Source: an uncultured Actinomycetes bacterium (GTDB lineage Bacteria > Actinomycetota > Thermoleophilia > Gaiellales > Gaiellaceae). Taken from it: a DNA stretch of 64,000 nt. Positions 1-7,648 of this stretch are shown here, one piece after another; position 1 is the stretch's first letter; each line of letters starts with the position of its first letter. Location: the NCBI GenBank assembly GCA_963746635.1, contig CAVVBZ010000036.1:29003-93002 (forward strand), in the 5' to 3' direction. Under the pieces are notes generated by a model. It was not told where the DNA came from and did not search any database. It saw nothing but the letters and a program-made list of their open reading frames with translations. The position numbers were made by a program, and so were the translations under genes.

Positions 1-576
1 GTCGAGCTCGACAAGCGCACCGGAATCGCCGCAGACGAGCGCCGCCGAACGACGCAGCCACACATCTACGCGGTCGGCGACTGCGCCGGCTACTGGCAGC
101 TCGCGCACACCGCCTTCCGTGAGGGCGAAGTCGCGGCTGAGAACGCCATGGGCCACGACGCCGTCGTCGACAACCGTGGCGTCCCGCGCCCGATCTACAC
201 CGACCCCGAGATCGCCGGCGTCGGGCTCACGGAAGCCGAGGCCCGCGAGCGGCACGGCGACGATGTCGAGGTCGGCGTCTTCCCGTGGGTCGCGAATGCC
301 CGTGCGGTGATGCAGAACGAGACGGTCGGCTGGGTCAAGTCGATCCACGAGAGCCGTTACGGCGAGCTGCTCGGGCTCGTGATGGTTGGCCCGCACGTGA
401 CCGACCTGATCGAGGCGGGCACGGTCGCTCTCGACGCCGAGGCGACCGTCGAGACCGTCGCCGACGGGATGGCCGCCCACCCGACGCTCTCGGAGGCGAT
501 CAAGGAAGCGGGCCTCCTGGCGCTCGGCCGCGCGATCCACATGCCGAACAAGCGCAAGGCATCGGCGCCTGCGTAG
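1..576 (+). CDS. lpdA: dihydrolipoyl dehydrogenase, C-terminal part (5' end outside the window)
   Basis: Frame 1 is open from base 1. Contains HIYAVGDC, AHTAFREG and the C-terminal dimerisation motif HPTLSEA. Stop TAG at 574-576. Confidence 0.85.
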   Translation, partial: VELDKRTGIAADERRRTTQPHIYAVGDCAGYWQLAHTAFREGEVAAENAMGHDAVVDNRGVPRPIYTDPEIAGVGLTEAEARERHGDDVEVGVFPWVANARAVMQNETVGWVKSIHESRYGELLGLVMVGPHVTDLIEAGTVALDAEATVETVADGMAAHPTLSEAIKEAGLLALGRAIHMPNKRKASAPA

Positions 577-599
577 CGCCGACCTGTTAGAACACGCGC

Positions 600-803
600 G
601 TGGCCGTCTTCACCCGCCGCAACGCACTGCTCGGCTGGAGCTACTGGCAGAGCAAGCGCATCAAGCGCCGGATGAGGAAGGCCCGCCCAGTCGACCGGCG
701 ACGCCAGAGCAAATCGCTGATCGCACTCGCAGCCGCGAGTCTCGCCGGCGCGATGGCCTTCAAGCGCCGTCGTCGCCGCAGCGACACGGACCGGCACGAA
801 TAG
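600..803 (+). CDS. small basic protein with one hydrophobic segment, hypothetical
   Basis: GTG start, 67 aa, high third-position GC typical of coding sequence here. No recognisable domain. Confidence 0.35.
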   Translation: MAVFTRRNALLGWSYWQSKRIKRRMRKARPVDRRRQSKSLIALAAASLAGAMAFKRRRRRSDTDRHE

Positions 804-816
804 ACAAGGAGGCGTC

Positions 817-1128
817 ATGTACGCACGGCTCATCTCGTTCTCGGGCGCGGATCCCGAGAAGCGCGAAAACGCGATCAGCACGATCATCGGGACGGTGCTC
901 CCGATGCTGCGCGACTACGACGGCTTCGCCGGCTACATCGCGCTCTGGCACAGGGATACCAGCAGCGCGAAGGCGATCATCCTCTGGGACAGCGAGGAGA
1001 CGGCCGACGCGGCCGAGACCGAGCTCGCCGAGCGCCGCAAGCAGCTCACGAGCGGCATCGGCCTCACGATCGAGTCGGTCGACCTCTACGAAGCGCCGGT
1101 CGTCGAGCTGGAGACCGCCCGCGTCTGA
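817..1128 (+). CDS. dimeric alpha/beta-barrel (ABM-like) protein
   Basis: 103 aa. Pattern of the ILWDSEETADAAE type as in ABM/ferredoxin-like barrel proteins. Paralogous to the convergent ORF at 1181-1480. Confidence 0.6.
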   Translation: MYARLISFSGADPEKRENAISTIIGTVLPMLRDYDGFAGYIALWHRDTSSAKAIILWDSEETADAAETELAERRKQLTSGIGLTIESVDLYEAPVVELETARV

Positions 1129-1180
1129 ACGAATCTCAGCGCCCGTCCGCTCACCGAGCGGGTGGGCGCAATCAATGAGA

Positions 1181-1480
1181 CTACGAGGTCTCGAAGACCG
1201 CGACCTCGTATCGATCGACGCTCGGCTGTTCGCTCACGCCCAGCTGCTCGGTGACACCGCGTCGAAGCTCGTTCGCTCGCTCCTCGCTTGCGCGCAGCGC
1301 CGCCTCATCCGGCCAGAGCGTGATCGCCATGGTGTTCCCGGACTCGCGGTCGACGAGCAGGATGGCGCCTTTGGAACCCATCTCCTTGAGCGTAGGGACG
1401 GCATTGCTCTGGAAGTCGCTGACCCCGTTGTCGAGCTGATCCGCGGATCCTCCGCTGATGGTGGTTACACGCGCATGCAC
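1181..1480 (-). CDS. dimeric alpha/beta-barrel (ABM-like) protein, paralog of 817-1128
   Basis: 99 aa. ITLWPDEAALRASEE matches IILWDSEETADAAE of the neighbouring ORF, with the same length class. Confidence 0.6.
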   Translation of the reverse strand: MHARVTTISGGSADQLDNGVSDFQSNAVPTLKEMGSKGAILLVDRESGNTMAITLWPDEAALRASEERANELRRGVTEQLGVSEQPSVDRYEVAVFETS

Positions 1481-1539
1481 TCCAGTGTCCTCCTTCGGGT
1501 CGCCTGATCCGTTGCGCGGTTGACGTTACTCCGTATGGG

Positions 1540-2667
1540 TCAGCGTGCGAGCGCGCCTGCTAGCCGCTCGAGCCCGAGCTCGAGGGTCTCGTCCGTGACC
1601 GCGAGCGAGAGGCGCACCCAGCCCTCGCCTTGAGAGCCGAACCCATCGCCCGGGGCGACCGCGACGCGGTGCTCGTCGAGCAGGCTCTCGAAGGTGACGC
1701 TCTCCGGAAGCTCGAGCCAGACGTAGAACGTGCCTTCGCAGACCGTGTGGCCGAGCACCTCGCGCACACGGTCGCGTCGGCGCTGATACGTGTCGCGCCG
1801 CTCGGCGACCGAGTCCTGAGGACCGGCCAGCGCCGCGATGCAAGCCTCCTGGATCGGCCGGAAGATCCCGACGCGGCAGTGGTCGTTGAGCAGGTTGATC
1901 CGCTCGACGATCTCCGCGTTCCCGACCACGAACCCGACCCGCCAGCCGGCCATGCCGAAGGACTTGGACATCGAGAACATCTCGACACCGACCTCCTTCG
2001 CGTCCGGGGTGGCGAGGAAGCTCTTCGGCTCGCGCCCGTCAAAAACGAGGTCGCCGTAGGCAAAGTCGTGTACGACCGCAGCCCCGGTCGCGTGCGCGTA
2101 CTCGATCGCACCCTCGAAGGCCCCGTCCGGCACCGCGACCGCGCACGGGTTGGACGGGTAGTTGAGGTAGACGGCCGCGACGTCGTCGGTGGGCGCCTGC
2201 GAGAAGTCGGGCGCCCAGGCGTGCTCGCGAACGAGCGGGAGGTAAGCCGTGCGCGCGTCGGCCATCGCCGGCCCAGAGGGGTAGTCCGGGTAGTACGGAT
2301 CGGGGAGCACGACCACCTGCCCCTCGTCAGCGAGCACGAGCGAGAGCTCGACGATCGCCGTCTTCGTCCCCGGCACGACCGCAACCTCGGAGTCGGGATC
2401 GAGCGAAACGCCGTAGTGAGTGCGGTACCGCTCCGCGAGCGCCGCGCGGAGCTCAGGCAGTCCACGAAAAGGCGAGTACCCGTGAGCCGTGTCGAGGCCC
2501 GCGGCGCCCGCAAGCGCCTCGATCACGTGCAGAGGCGGCCCGGTCTCCGGATTCCCGCGCCCGAGATCGACGAGCGGCCCGCCCTCCGCGGCTGCCGCCG
2601 CAGAAACGCGCGCCAGCAGCGAGCCGAAGTACTGCTCAGGAAGCCTCTCCACCCGCGCCGGCCGCAT
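1540..2667 (-). CDS. PLP-dependent aminotransferase, class I/II
   Basis: 375 aa. Contains NYPSNPCA, SMSKSFGMAGWRVG (PLP lysine motif) and GNPE. Confidence 0.9.
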   Translation of the reverse strand: MRPARVERLPEQYFGSLLARVSAAAAAEGGPLVDLGRGNPETGPPLHVIEALAGAAGLDTAHGYSPFRGLPELRAALAERYRTHYGVSLDPDSEVAVVPGTKTAIVELSLVLADEGQVVVLPDPYYPDYPSGPAMADARTAYLPLVREHAWAPDFSQAPTDDVAAVYLNYPSNPCAVAVPDGAFEGAIEYAHATGAAVVHDFAYGDLVFDGREPKSFLATPDAKEVGVEMFSMSKSFGMAGWRVGFVVGNAEIVERINLLNDHCRVGIFRPIQEACIAALAGPQDSVAERRDTYQRRRDRVREVLGHTVCEGTFYVWLELPESVTFESLLDEHRVAVAPGDGFGSQGEGWVRLSLAVTDETLELGLERLAGALAR

Positions 2668-2931
2668 CGCGGGCGATCGTACGTCAGTCTCGAGCGCGCG
2701 CCGAGTCAGCCTGCTAGAAGCGGTTCGCTATGCGGCGGCGAGTACGTCGCCAAGATCCGTCGCCTCGACGCGTTGCTCTGGGAGCGTTAGGACGATCTTC
2801 CCGTCTTGTTCGAGCCGCAGCCGGGCGTTCAGGATCGTGAGCCCGATGAGACTTCGGTCCGGCCCGTAACTCGTGCCGTCTCCTTCCGCAGTGCCGTCCC
2901 AGTCGCAGCGACCTCCGGCCGAACGCGGTGA

Positions 2932-3212
2932 CTATCCATCCCTCACCCGATCGAGATCGCCGTCGGCACCGTCGACAAGTTCCAGGGCCAGCAGGCGCCG
3001 GTCGTCTTCTACGCGATGGGAGCTCGAGCTCGGACGACGTTCCGCGCGGCCTCGACTTCCTGTTCTCGCGCAACCGCCTCAACGTCGCGATCTCGCGAGC
3101 CCAGTGCCTCGCGTACCTGGTCTGCTCCCCGCGGCTGCTCGACGCCAACTGCCAGACGGTCGAGCAGATGCGCCTCGCAAACGCCCTCTGCCGGCTTGTG
3201 GAAGCGGCCTAG
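2932..3212 (+). pseudogene. 3' remnant of a superfamily-1 helicase (AAA_12/UvrD_C-like C-terminus), N-terminally truncated and frameshifted
   Basis: Frame 1 reads IEIAVGTVDKFQGQQAPVVFYAM. Frame 3 continues SSSSDDVPRGLDFLFSRNRLNVAISRAQCLAYLV. The frames join at about 3016-3020. Only about 90 codons of a normally much larger protein are present. Confidence 0.6.
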
Positions 3213-3226
3213 ACGACGAAGCGTGA

Positions 3227-3634
3227 CTAGCCACGCTCGCGTGGAGCCCTGACCGAGACCCCGGGTAAGCCGTCGAAGCCCTTTGCCTCCGCGGTCACGA
3301 TTGTTCTGGTGCGCTCGAGAGCGGTTGCGGCGATCAGCAGGTCGTGTGCGCCGCGGGGCTGTCCTGTCCGGTACGTGTGCGCAAGCAGCTCTGCGTGTGC
3401 CCGCGCGACGGACAGGTCGTAGACCTCGACCGGCACGATCTCGAGCACACCCTCGACGAAGTCTGCGCGGCGCGTCCGGCGGCGTGCGTCCGCAAGCGCG
3501 ACGCCGACGAGGAGCTCAGCAGCCGTGACCGCGGCGACTGCGACGTCGTCCTCGTCCCCGATCAACTCGTCGAGTGGAAGACGATCGCGCTCGGCTGCGA
3601 CGAGGATCGTCGTATCGAGGATCAGCCGCTCCAA
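3227..3634 (-). CDS. vapC: PIN-domain ribonuclease toxin VapC
   Basis: 135 aa. Starts LILDTTILV, has an internal acidic residue and DLLIAATA, as in PIN domains. Overlaps the upstream antitoxin gene by 13 nt. Confidence 0.85.
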   Translation of the reverse strand: MERLILDTTILVAAERDRLPLDELIGDEDDVAVAAVTAAELLVGVALADARRRTRRADFVEGVLEIVPVEVYDLSVARAHAELLAHTYRTGQPRGAHDLLIAATALERTRTIVTAEAKGFDGLPGVSVRAPRERG

Positions 3635-3879
3635 CGTCGCTCCTCGATGCGGAGGGCGTCGCGTTGTGCGCGCAACTCGTCGGCCCAGTCAGCGTCGCGG
3701 GGATGCGCGCGCAGCGCCTCTTTCACCGCGGAGCCGTGAGCGGCGGGAGCAGGGCCGACTCGGGCAACAGGACGGCCATTGCGAACGACGACGAACGTCT
3801 CGCCGCGAGCCTCGACGGCGTCGAGCATCTCGGAGAACCGGCGCGCAGCATCGGTGGCCGTGAGGCGTTTCATCTTCAT
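3622..3879 (-). CDS. vapB: type II antitoxin (Phd/YefM-VapB-like)
   Basis: MKMKRLTATDAARRFSEMLDAVEARGETFVVVRNGRPVARV is the typical antitoxin N-terminus. I chose the internal ATG at 3879 rather than the ORF-track start at 3945. Confidence 0.75.
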   Translation of the reverse strand: MKMKRLTATDAARRFSEMLDAVEARGETFVVVRNGRPVARVGPAPAAHGSAVKEALRAHPRDADWADELRAQRDALRIEERRWSG

Positions 3880-4044
3880 CAGATTATCTGAAACTAGGCG
3901 AAACTTGGCTGTTTGTGCGACTTTCGTTGCGGAGGCGTGTGGCATCCGCGACTCACTTGATTTGCCGGAGAGTCAAGTAACGCGGTCAACCATGGATGAG
4001 TGATGGATCAAGCGACCCCTGCCGGGCGATACTCCACCTGCAAC

Positions 4045-4180
4045 CGAGAGCGCGCCCCGATGCGGCGGGGGCGCACTCGGAGAAACGAAGGGCCCCCATG
4101 CGGCGGGGCCCGGCAGATTTATCTGCGGCTTCTCCTCTCACGGAGATACTCAAAGCGGGGCCAGGCGGCGGCCCCGCTTT
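4045..4180. repeat. three serial GC-rich hairpins with related loops
   Basis: GCGCCCC-gatgcggc-GGGGCGC (about 4052-4074), GGCCCC-catgcggc-GGGGCC (4091-4110), and GCGGGGCC-aggcggc-GGCCCCGC (4155-4177). The last is flanked by AAA/TTT and looks like a bidirectional terminator. Confidence 0.6.
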
Positions 4181-4305
4181 GTGCTGTCTGACGCTTTTCC
4201 CTGCAAATCCCCCACTTGGGGGACGGAAGAATTGCTCAAACGAGGCAGCATCCGACTTGCGCGAACTTACGTCTGGGCCGCAGAGACGGAAGGTCGCGCA
4301 GGCGT

Positions 4306-4340
4306 GAAGGGCGGCTCAAGGGCCGCCCTTCTTCTTTCTC
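4306..4340 (+). terminator. intrinsic-terminator-like hairpin, copy 1 of a duplicated ~50-nt module (4300-4350)
   Basis: GAAGGGCGGC-tcaagg-GCCGCCCTTC followed by TTCTTTCTC. Confidence 0.45.
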
Positions 4341-4359
4341 CCTCAGAACCATCGGACCT

Positions 4360-4480
4360 GTCCGGGGTCTGGCCCCGGACGGGACGCAAAGGGACGCGGC
4401 CGGTTGCTGCTGTCCGGGCGGCTCCTTGGCTTGTCCACGACGAGAACTGGCCGGAATGGACCGGTCCGGGGTCTGACCCC
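4360..4480. repeat. GGGGTCTGACCCC-bounded intergenic element, copy C
   Basis: GGGGTCTGGCCCC at 4364-4376 and GGGGTCTGACCCC at 4468-4480. The right subterminal GGCCGGAATGGACCGGTCCGGGG matches copy A (GGCCGAAATGGACTTGGCCGGGG). Confidence 0.7.
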
Positions 4481-4505
4481 TGCCGCCAGACCCCTGCCGC
4501 CAGAC
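4475..4505. repeat. tandem 14-mer GACCCCTGCCGCCA, about 2.2 copies
   Basis: Direct reading of 4475-4505. Confidence 0.8.
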
Positions 4506-4519
4506 GCTGGTGTAGGCGT

Positions 4520-4556
4520 GAAGGGCGGCTCAACGGCCGCCCTTCTTCTTTTCTCC
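4520..4556 (+). terminator. intrinsic-terminator-like hairpin, copy 2 of the duplicated module (4514-4565)
   Basis: GAAGGGCGGC-tcaacg-GCCGCCCTTC followed by TTCTTTTCTCC. Nearly identical to 4300-4350. Confidence 0.45.
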
Positions 4557-4574
4557 TCCAGAACCGTCGCAGCC

Positions 4575-4580
4575 TAGGCT
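4575..4580 (+). promoter_or_regulatory. -10 box TAGGCT, 7 nt before the ATG at 4588 (leaderless candidate)
   Basis: TAnnnT hexamer. No Shine-Dalgarno sequence between the box and the start codon. Confidence 0.4.
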
Positions 4581-4587
4581 GGCGCTC

Positions 4588-5247
4588 ATGCCGCGCTACG
4601 TCGGACGCGAGAACGTGCGCAAGCGACTCGCCCCGCTCGAGGGCGGGCCGCGGCGGACCGTCTATGCCGACGGCGCCGTCCGGATCGAGACGCCTGCGGA
4701 GACGATCACGGTGCGACCTGCGTTCGGGCTCACGCACACGCGCGCGTACGAGAGCGTCGCGCTCGAGCCGCTCTTCGAGGCGCTCGCTGAGGATCACCTG
4801 GTCGCTGCGCTGCTCGTGCGCCTCGGCGGCTATGCGGTCGGAGTCCTCGAGGGCGAGCGGCTGGTCGCGTCGAAGGTCGGCACGCGTTTCGTCAAGGGAA
4901 AGCACAAGAAGGGCGGCTCGTCGGCGAATCGCTTCCGGCGGCGGCGCGAGGAGCAGGCGCGCGTCCTGATCGAGGTGGCGGCCGAGACCGCCCATCGCGT
5001 GCTGGAGCCGTGGCGTGAGCGCGTCGAGCACGTTGCGCTCGGCGGCGACCGACGCGCGGTCGACGAGGTGCTGGCAACCGACTCGCGGCTCGGCTGGCTG
5101 CGCGAGCGGGCGCTGCCGCGGTTCTTCACCGTCCCCGACCCGCGCCTGCGGGAGCTCGAGCGCCTGCCCTACGAGCTCTACGCGGCGGAGTTGCAGGTTG
5201 AAAAGACCGAGGGCGCCGGTCAGGCGCCCTCGGACAGAAGCGGTTAG
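4588..5247 (+). CDS. eRF1-like / acVLRF1-type peptidyl-tRNA-acting factor
   Basis: LGGYAVGVLEGERLVASKVGTRFVKGKHKKGGSSANRFRRRREEQ is collinear with the eRF1 M-domain FGTLQG...[21 protein letters not shown]. The GGQ position reads GGS. Confidence 0.75.
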   Translation: MPRYVGRENVRKRLAPLEGGPRRTVYADGAVRIETPAETITVRPAFGLTHTRAYESVALEPLFEALAEDHLVAALLVRLGGYAVGVLEGERLVASKVGTRFVKGKHKKGGSSANRFRRRREEQARVLIEVAAETAHRVLEPWRERVEHVALGGDRRAVDEVLATDSRLGWLRERALPRFFTVPDPRLRELERLPYELYAAELQVEKTEGAGQAPSDRSG

Positions 5248-5255
5248 GCGAGCTC

Positions 5256-5864
5256 TTACCTCCGCCCGTGCTTTCCCTTCTTGTGGTGCTTGCCGCCCAT
5301 CGACTGGGTGGAGACGTCTCCGCCCGGGGCGGGAGTGTCGCCGCAGCGCCCTGAGGCGAACACGGCGGCTCCGTCGGAGCTGCCGGTGCCGAGCTGGCCG
5401 TTGCTGAAGCCGGTAGCCGGGTCGAAGGTCGCCGAGAGGCTGCCCAGCAGGAGCGCACTCGGATTCTTGGAGAAGCCGTTGGTGAAGCCGGCGAGCGAGC
5501 CGTTGGTGTCCACGGCCTCGAACCAGCCCATCGTGCGACCACTCTCGGTCGCGACGAGGTAGCGGCCCATGACGTAACCGAGGTTCGTGTCGGTGTTGTA
5601 GACCGACATCGCCCGGAGCGTCAGCTTGCCGTTCAGGCGAGCGTCGTCGCTCGTGGCGGTGCCGGTGTAGGTGGCCCGTGTCCTCGTGTACGAGCCGTCG
5701 CCTCCCTTGCAGGTGGACGACTTGAGCTTCGAGACGGTCCCGGCGTCGAACGTCGCCGAGGCGGCCTGAAGCGAGTTTGGCGCCCCGCCACGCGCGAGCG
5801 CGAGCCCGGCGGCAGCGAGGAGGAAGGCCGTCACTGCAACGACGGCCAGCGGCTTGCGAAGCAT
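5256..5864 (-). CDS. secreted protein, hypothetical
   Basis: Internal ATG at 5864 gives MLRKPLAVVAVTAFLLAAAGLALARG, a signal peptide. C-terminal basic/His tail GGKHHKKGKHGRR. Confidence 0.6.
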   Translation of the reverse strand: MLRKPLAVVAVTAFLLAAAGLALARGGAPNSLQAASATFDAGTVSKLKSSTCKGGDGSYTRTRATYTGTATSDDARLNGKLTLRAMSVYNTDTNLGYVMGRYLVATESGRTMGWFEAVDTNGSLAGFTNGFSKNPSALLLGSLSATFDPATGFSNGQLGTGSSDGAAVFASGRCGDTPAPGGDVSTQSMGGKHHKKGKHGRR

Positions 5865-5985
5865 GTGCACTCCTTGGTTGCTTCGGTCCGGCATCGGCTC
5901 GCGAAGCGGTTCCCCGCGCACCCGTCTCAGGGAATTCCGGGGTCGCCTAGACTGGCTGCGACCGCTACCAGGAGGGGGAGAGCAG

Positions 5986-6456
5986 ATGGCCGTCAAGCCG
6001 ATTCCAGAGGGGTACCACTCGATCACCCCGTACCTCGCCGTCGAGGACGCGGGCAAGGCGATCGACTTCTACAAGGAGGCGTTCGGCGCCGAGGAGCTCA
6101 TGCGCATGCCCGGGCCGGACGGCAAGATCGCGCACGCCGAGATCCAGATCGGGGACTCGAAGCTGATGCTCTCCGACCCGTTCGAGCAGTCGAGCGTGCA
6201 GCCACCCGCCGAGCGCGGCGGCACGACCGGCTCGATCTTCCTGTACGTCGACGACGTGGATTCGACCTTCGAGCAGGCGACCGAGGCGGGCGCCACGGTG
6301 ACCTCGCCCCTGGAGGACATGTTCTGGGGCGACCGCTTCGGGACGGTCACCGACCCGTTCGGGCACGTCTGGTCGATGGCGACGCACAAGGAAGACCTGA
6401 CCGAGGAGCAGATGGCCGAGCGCAGCAAGGCTGCGATGGCCGAGATGGGTTCCTAG
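5986..6456 (+). CDS. VOC/glyoxalase-fold protein (PhnB-like)
   Basis: ATG at 5986 preceded by GGAGGGGGAG. Contains ITPYLAVEDAGKAIDFYKEAFGAEE, AHAEIQIGDSKLMLSD, FWGDRFGTVTDPFGHVWS. Confidence 0.85.
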   Translation: MAVKPIPEGYHSITPYLAVEDAGKAIDFYKEAFGAEELMRMPGPDGKIAHAEIQIGDSKLMLSDPFEQSSVQPPAERGGTTGSIFLYVDDVDSTFEQATEAGATVTSPLEDMFWGDRFGTVTDPFGHVWSMATHKEDLTEEQMAERSKAAMAEMGS

Positions 6457-6959
6457 CGCGGGGCGCGGAGCTCGTCCGAGAGGACGCGGTACTCGGTCGC
6501 CATCAGCTTGTCCTTGGTCCGGCCGGCGGCTTCCTTCATCGCGATCAGGTGGTCTAGGGAGGCGACTCGGACCTTGGAGCCACGGACCTCGATGATTGTT
6601 GCGTCGGCCCGAAGCTTGTCGTAAGGCGGTGCGCCTGAAGGCTCGCCGAGGATGTCGAACGGTCCGAGCTTCGTGTCGAACGTGAAGTTCATCCCTTGCC
6701 GAAGAGTCTCGGCGTCGAGCTGGAAGGGAAGGTCGGGTGCCGCGCCGCGCAGGACAGCTCCAAGCGACTGAAGGGCAGCGGCAAGACGTTCGAGGTTTTC
6801 CGGATCGCGCGCGTAAGCGACGTCCAGATCGAAGGTCGTGAACGCAGAGCCGTAGCTCCCACCGGCGACCCCGCCGATGACGACGAAGTCGACCTGGGCT
6901 TTTGCGAGGGCGCCGATCAGTGGAGCGGGCTCGAAGAGCTCCTCAGCGTCGAGCGGCAC
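6453..6959 (-). CDS. minimal nucleotidyltransferase-fold protein (MNT/AbiEii-like)
   Basis: GGSYGSAFTTFDLDV fits the hG[GS]-x9-13-DxD NTase signature. Overlaps the upstream HTH gene by 17 nt. Confidence 0.7.
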   Translation of the reverse strand: MPLDAEELFEPAPLIGALAKAQVDFVVIGGVAGGSYGSAFTTFDLDVAYARDPENLERLAAALQSLGAVLRGAAPDLPFQLDAETLRQGMNFTFDTKLGPFDILGEPSGAPPYDKLRADATIIEVRGSKVRVASLDHLIAMKEAAGRTKDKLMATEYRVLSDELRAPR

Positions 6960-7260
6960 GCTGAAGCTCTCTCAGCCCCCGCGACCAGGAGGCCTGTCGT
7001 TCGATCCGCTGCTCGGGATCGTGTTCGAGGTTCGACCGGATCAGCGTCGGGTCGTGCCCGTAGTCGATCGGCTCGGGGACGAGCTCGAGGCGCTCGCCCA
7101 TCAGGTCGACGAGCGTGGAGAGGGTGTCGACCGACGGCGAGACGAGGTCGCGCTCGATCCTCGAGATCGCGGCCTGGCTGGTGCGCGCGCGGGCGGCGAG
7201 CTGCCTCTGGGTCAGGCCGTGGCGGCGGCGAACGTCGCGGAGGGCCTGTCCTGCGGTCAC
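6943..7260 (-). CDS. XRE-family helix-turn-helix protein
   Basis: LRDVRRRHGLTQRQLAARARTSQAAISRIERD is a classic HTH_3 motif. GTG start at 7260. Confidence 0.8.
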   Translation of the reverse strand: MTAGQALRDVRRRHGLTQRQLAARARTSQAAISRIERDLVSPSVDTLSTLVDLMGERLELVPEPIDYGHDPTLIRSNLEHDPEQRIERQASWSRGLRELQRAARR

Positions 7261-7267
7261 GTGCTCA

Positions 7268-7292
7268 CGATATCAGATATGACATTTCACAC
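7268..7292. promoter_or_regulatory. AT-rich divergent control region with GATATC palindrome and GATAT repeats
   Basis: CGATATCAGATATGACATTTCACAC stands out in about 70% GC DNA. On the minus strand, TATCGT lies 6 nt before the GTG of the XRE gene. Confidence 0.4.
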
Positions 7293-7334
7293 TTCCGGCA
7301 CACGGCTTGGCTCCACGGATGCTTCCATGGAGGC

Positions 7335-7580
7335 ATGAAGGTGACGGTCAGGCAGGTCTACGCGCTGGCGGCGGTGCTCTGCGAGCAAGCAGGCGAGGAG
7401 TTCCCCGAGACGCGTGAGGCGGCGAGCGAGCTGATCGAGCGGTTGCGGACCGAGAGCGGGCACCCGGCGCCGCGGCTCGAGGACGTGCCTCGGCGCCCCC
7501 GCGGATGGCGTCGGCGAGCGTCTCGCGACGAGCGGGTGGCGGGTCGAGCGGCGGAAGAGCTCGCCCGGGAGATGAGGTGA
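7335..7580 (+). CDS. hypothetical protein
   Basis: ATG at 7335 after GGAGG (short spacing). 81 aa, no recognisable domain. Confidence 0.3.
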   Translation: MKVTVRQVYALAAVLCEQAGEEFPETREAASELIERLRTESGHPAPRLEDVPRRPRGWRRRASRDERVAGRAAEELAREMR

Positions 7581-7648
7581 TAGCCGGGCGACCGAGCAGG
7601 CGCAGGTGATCGTTCGGGCCGCGCGGCGAGTCCGACAGGGGGCGGTTC

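Noticed and set aside
3996-4307. 103-aa ORF spanning the hairpin region
   Set aside because: It runs straight through three strong GC hairpins, has poor codon bias and Arg/Pro/Gly-rich composition. It ends inside the repeated module and is unlikely to be coding.
4514-4587. The terminator-like hairpin 30 nt upstream of the acVLRF1 start, considered as a transcription attenuator or riboswitch expression platform
   Set aside because: A TAGGCT -10 box lies between the hairpin and the ATG, 7 nt from it. The promoter is therefore probably downstream of the hairpin. No leader peptide ORF ends at this copy either.
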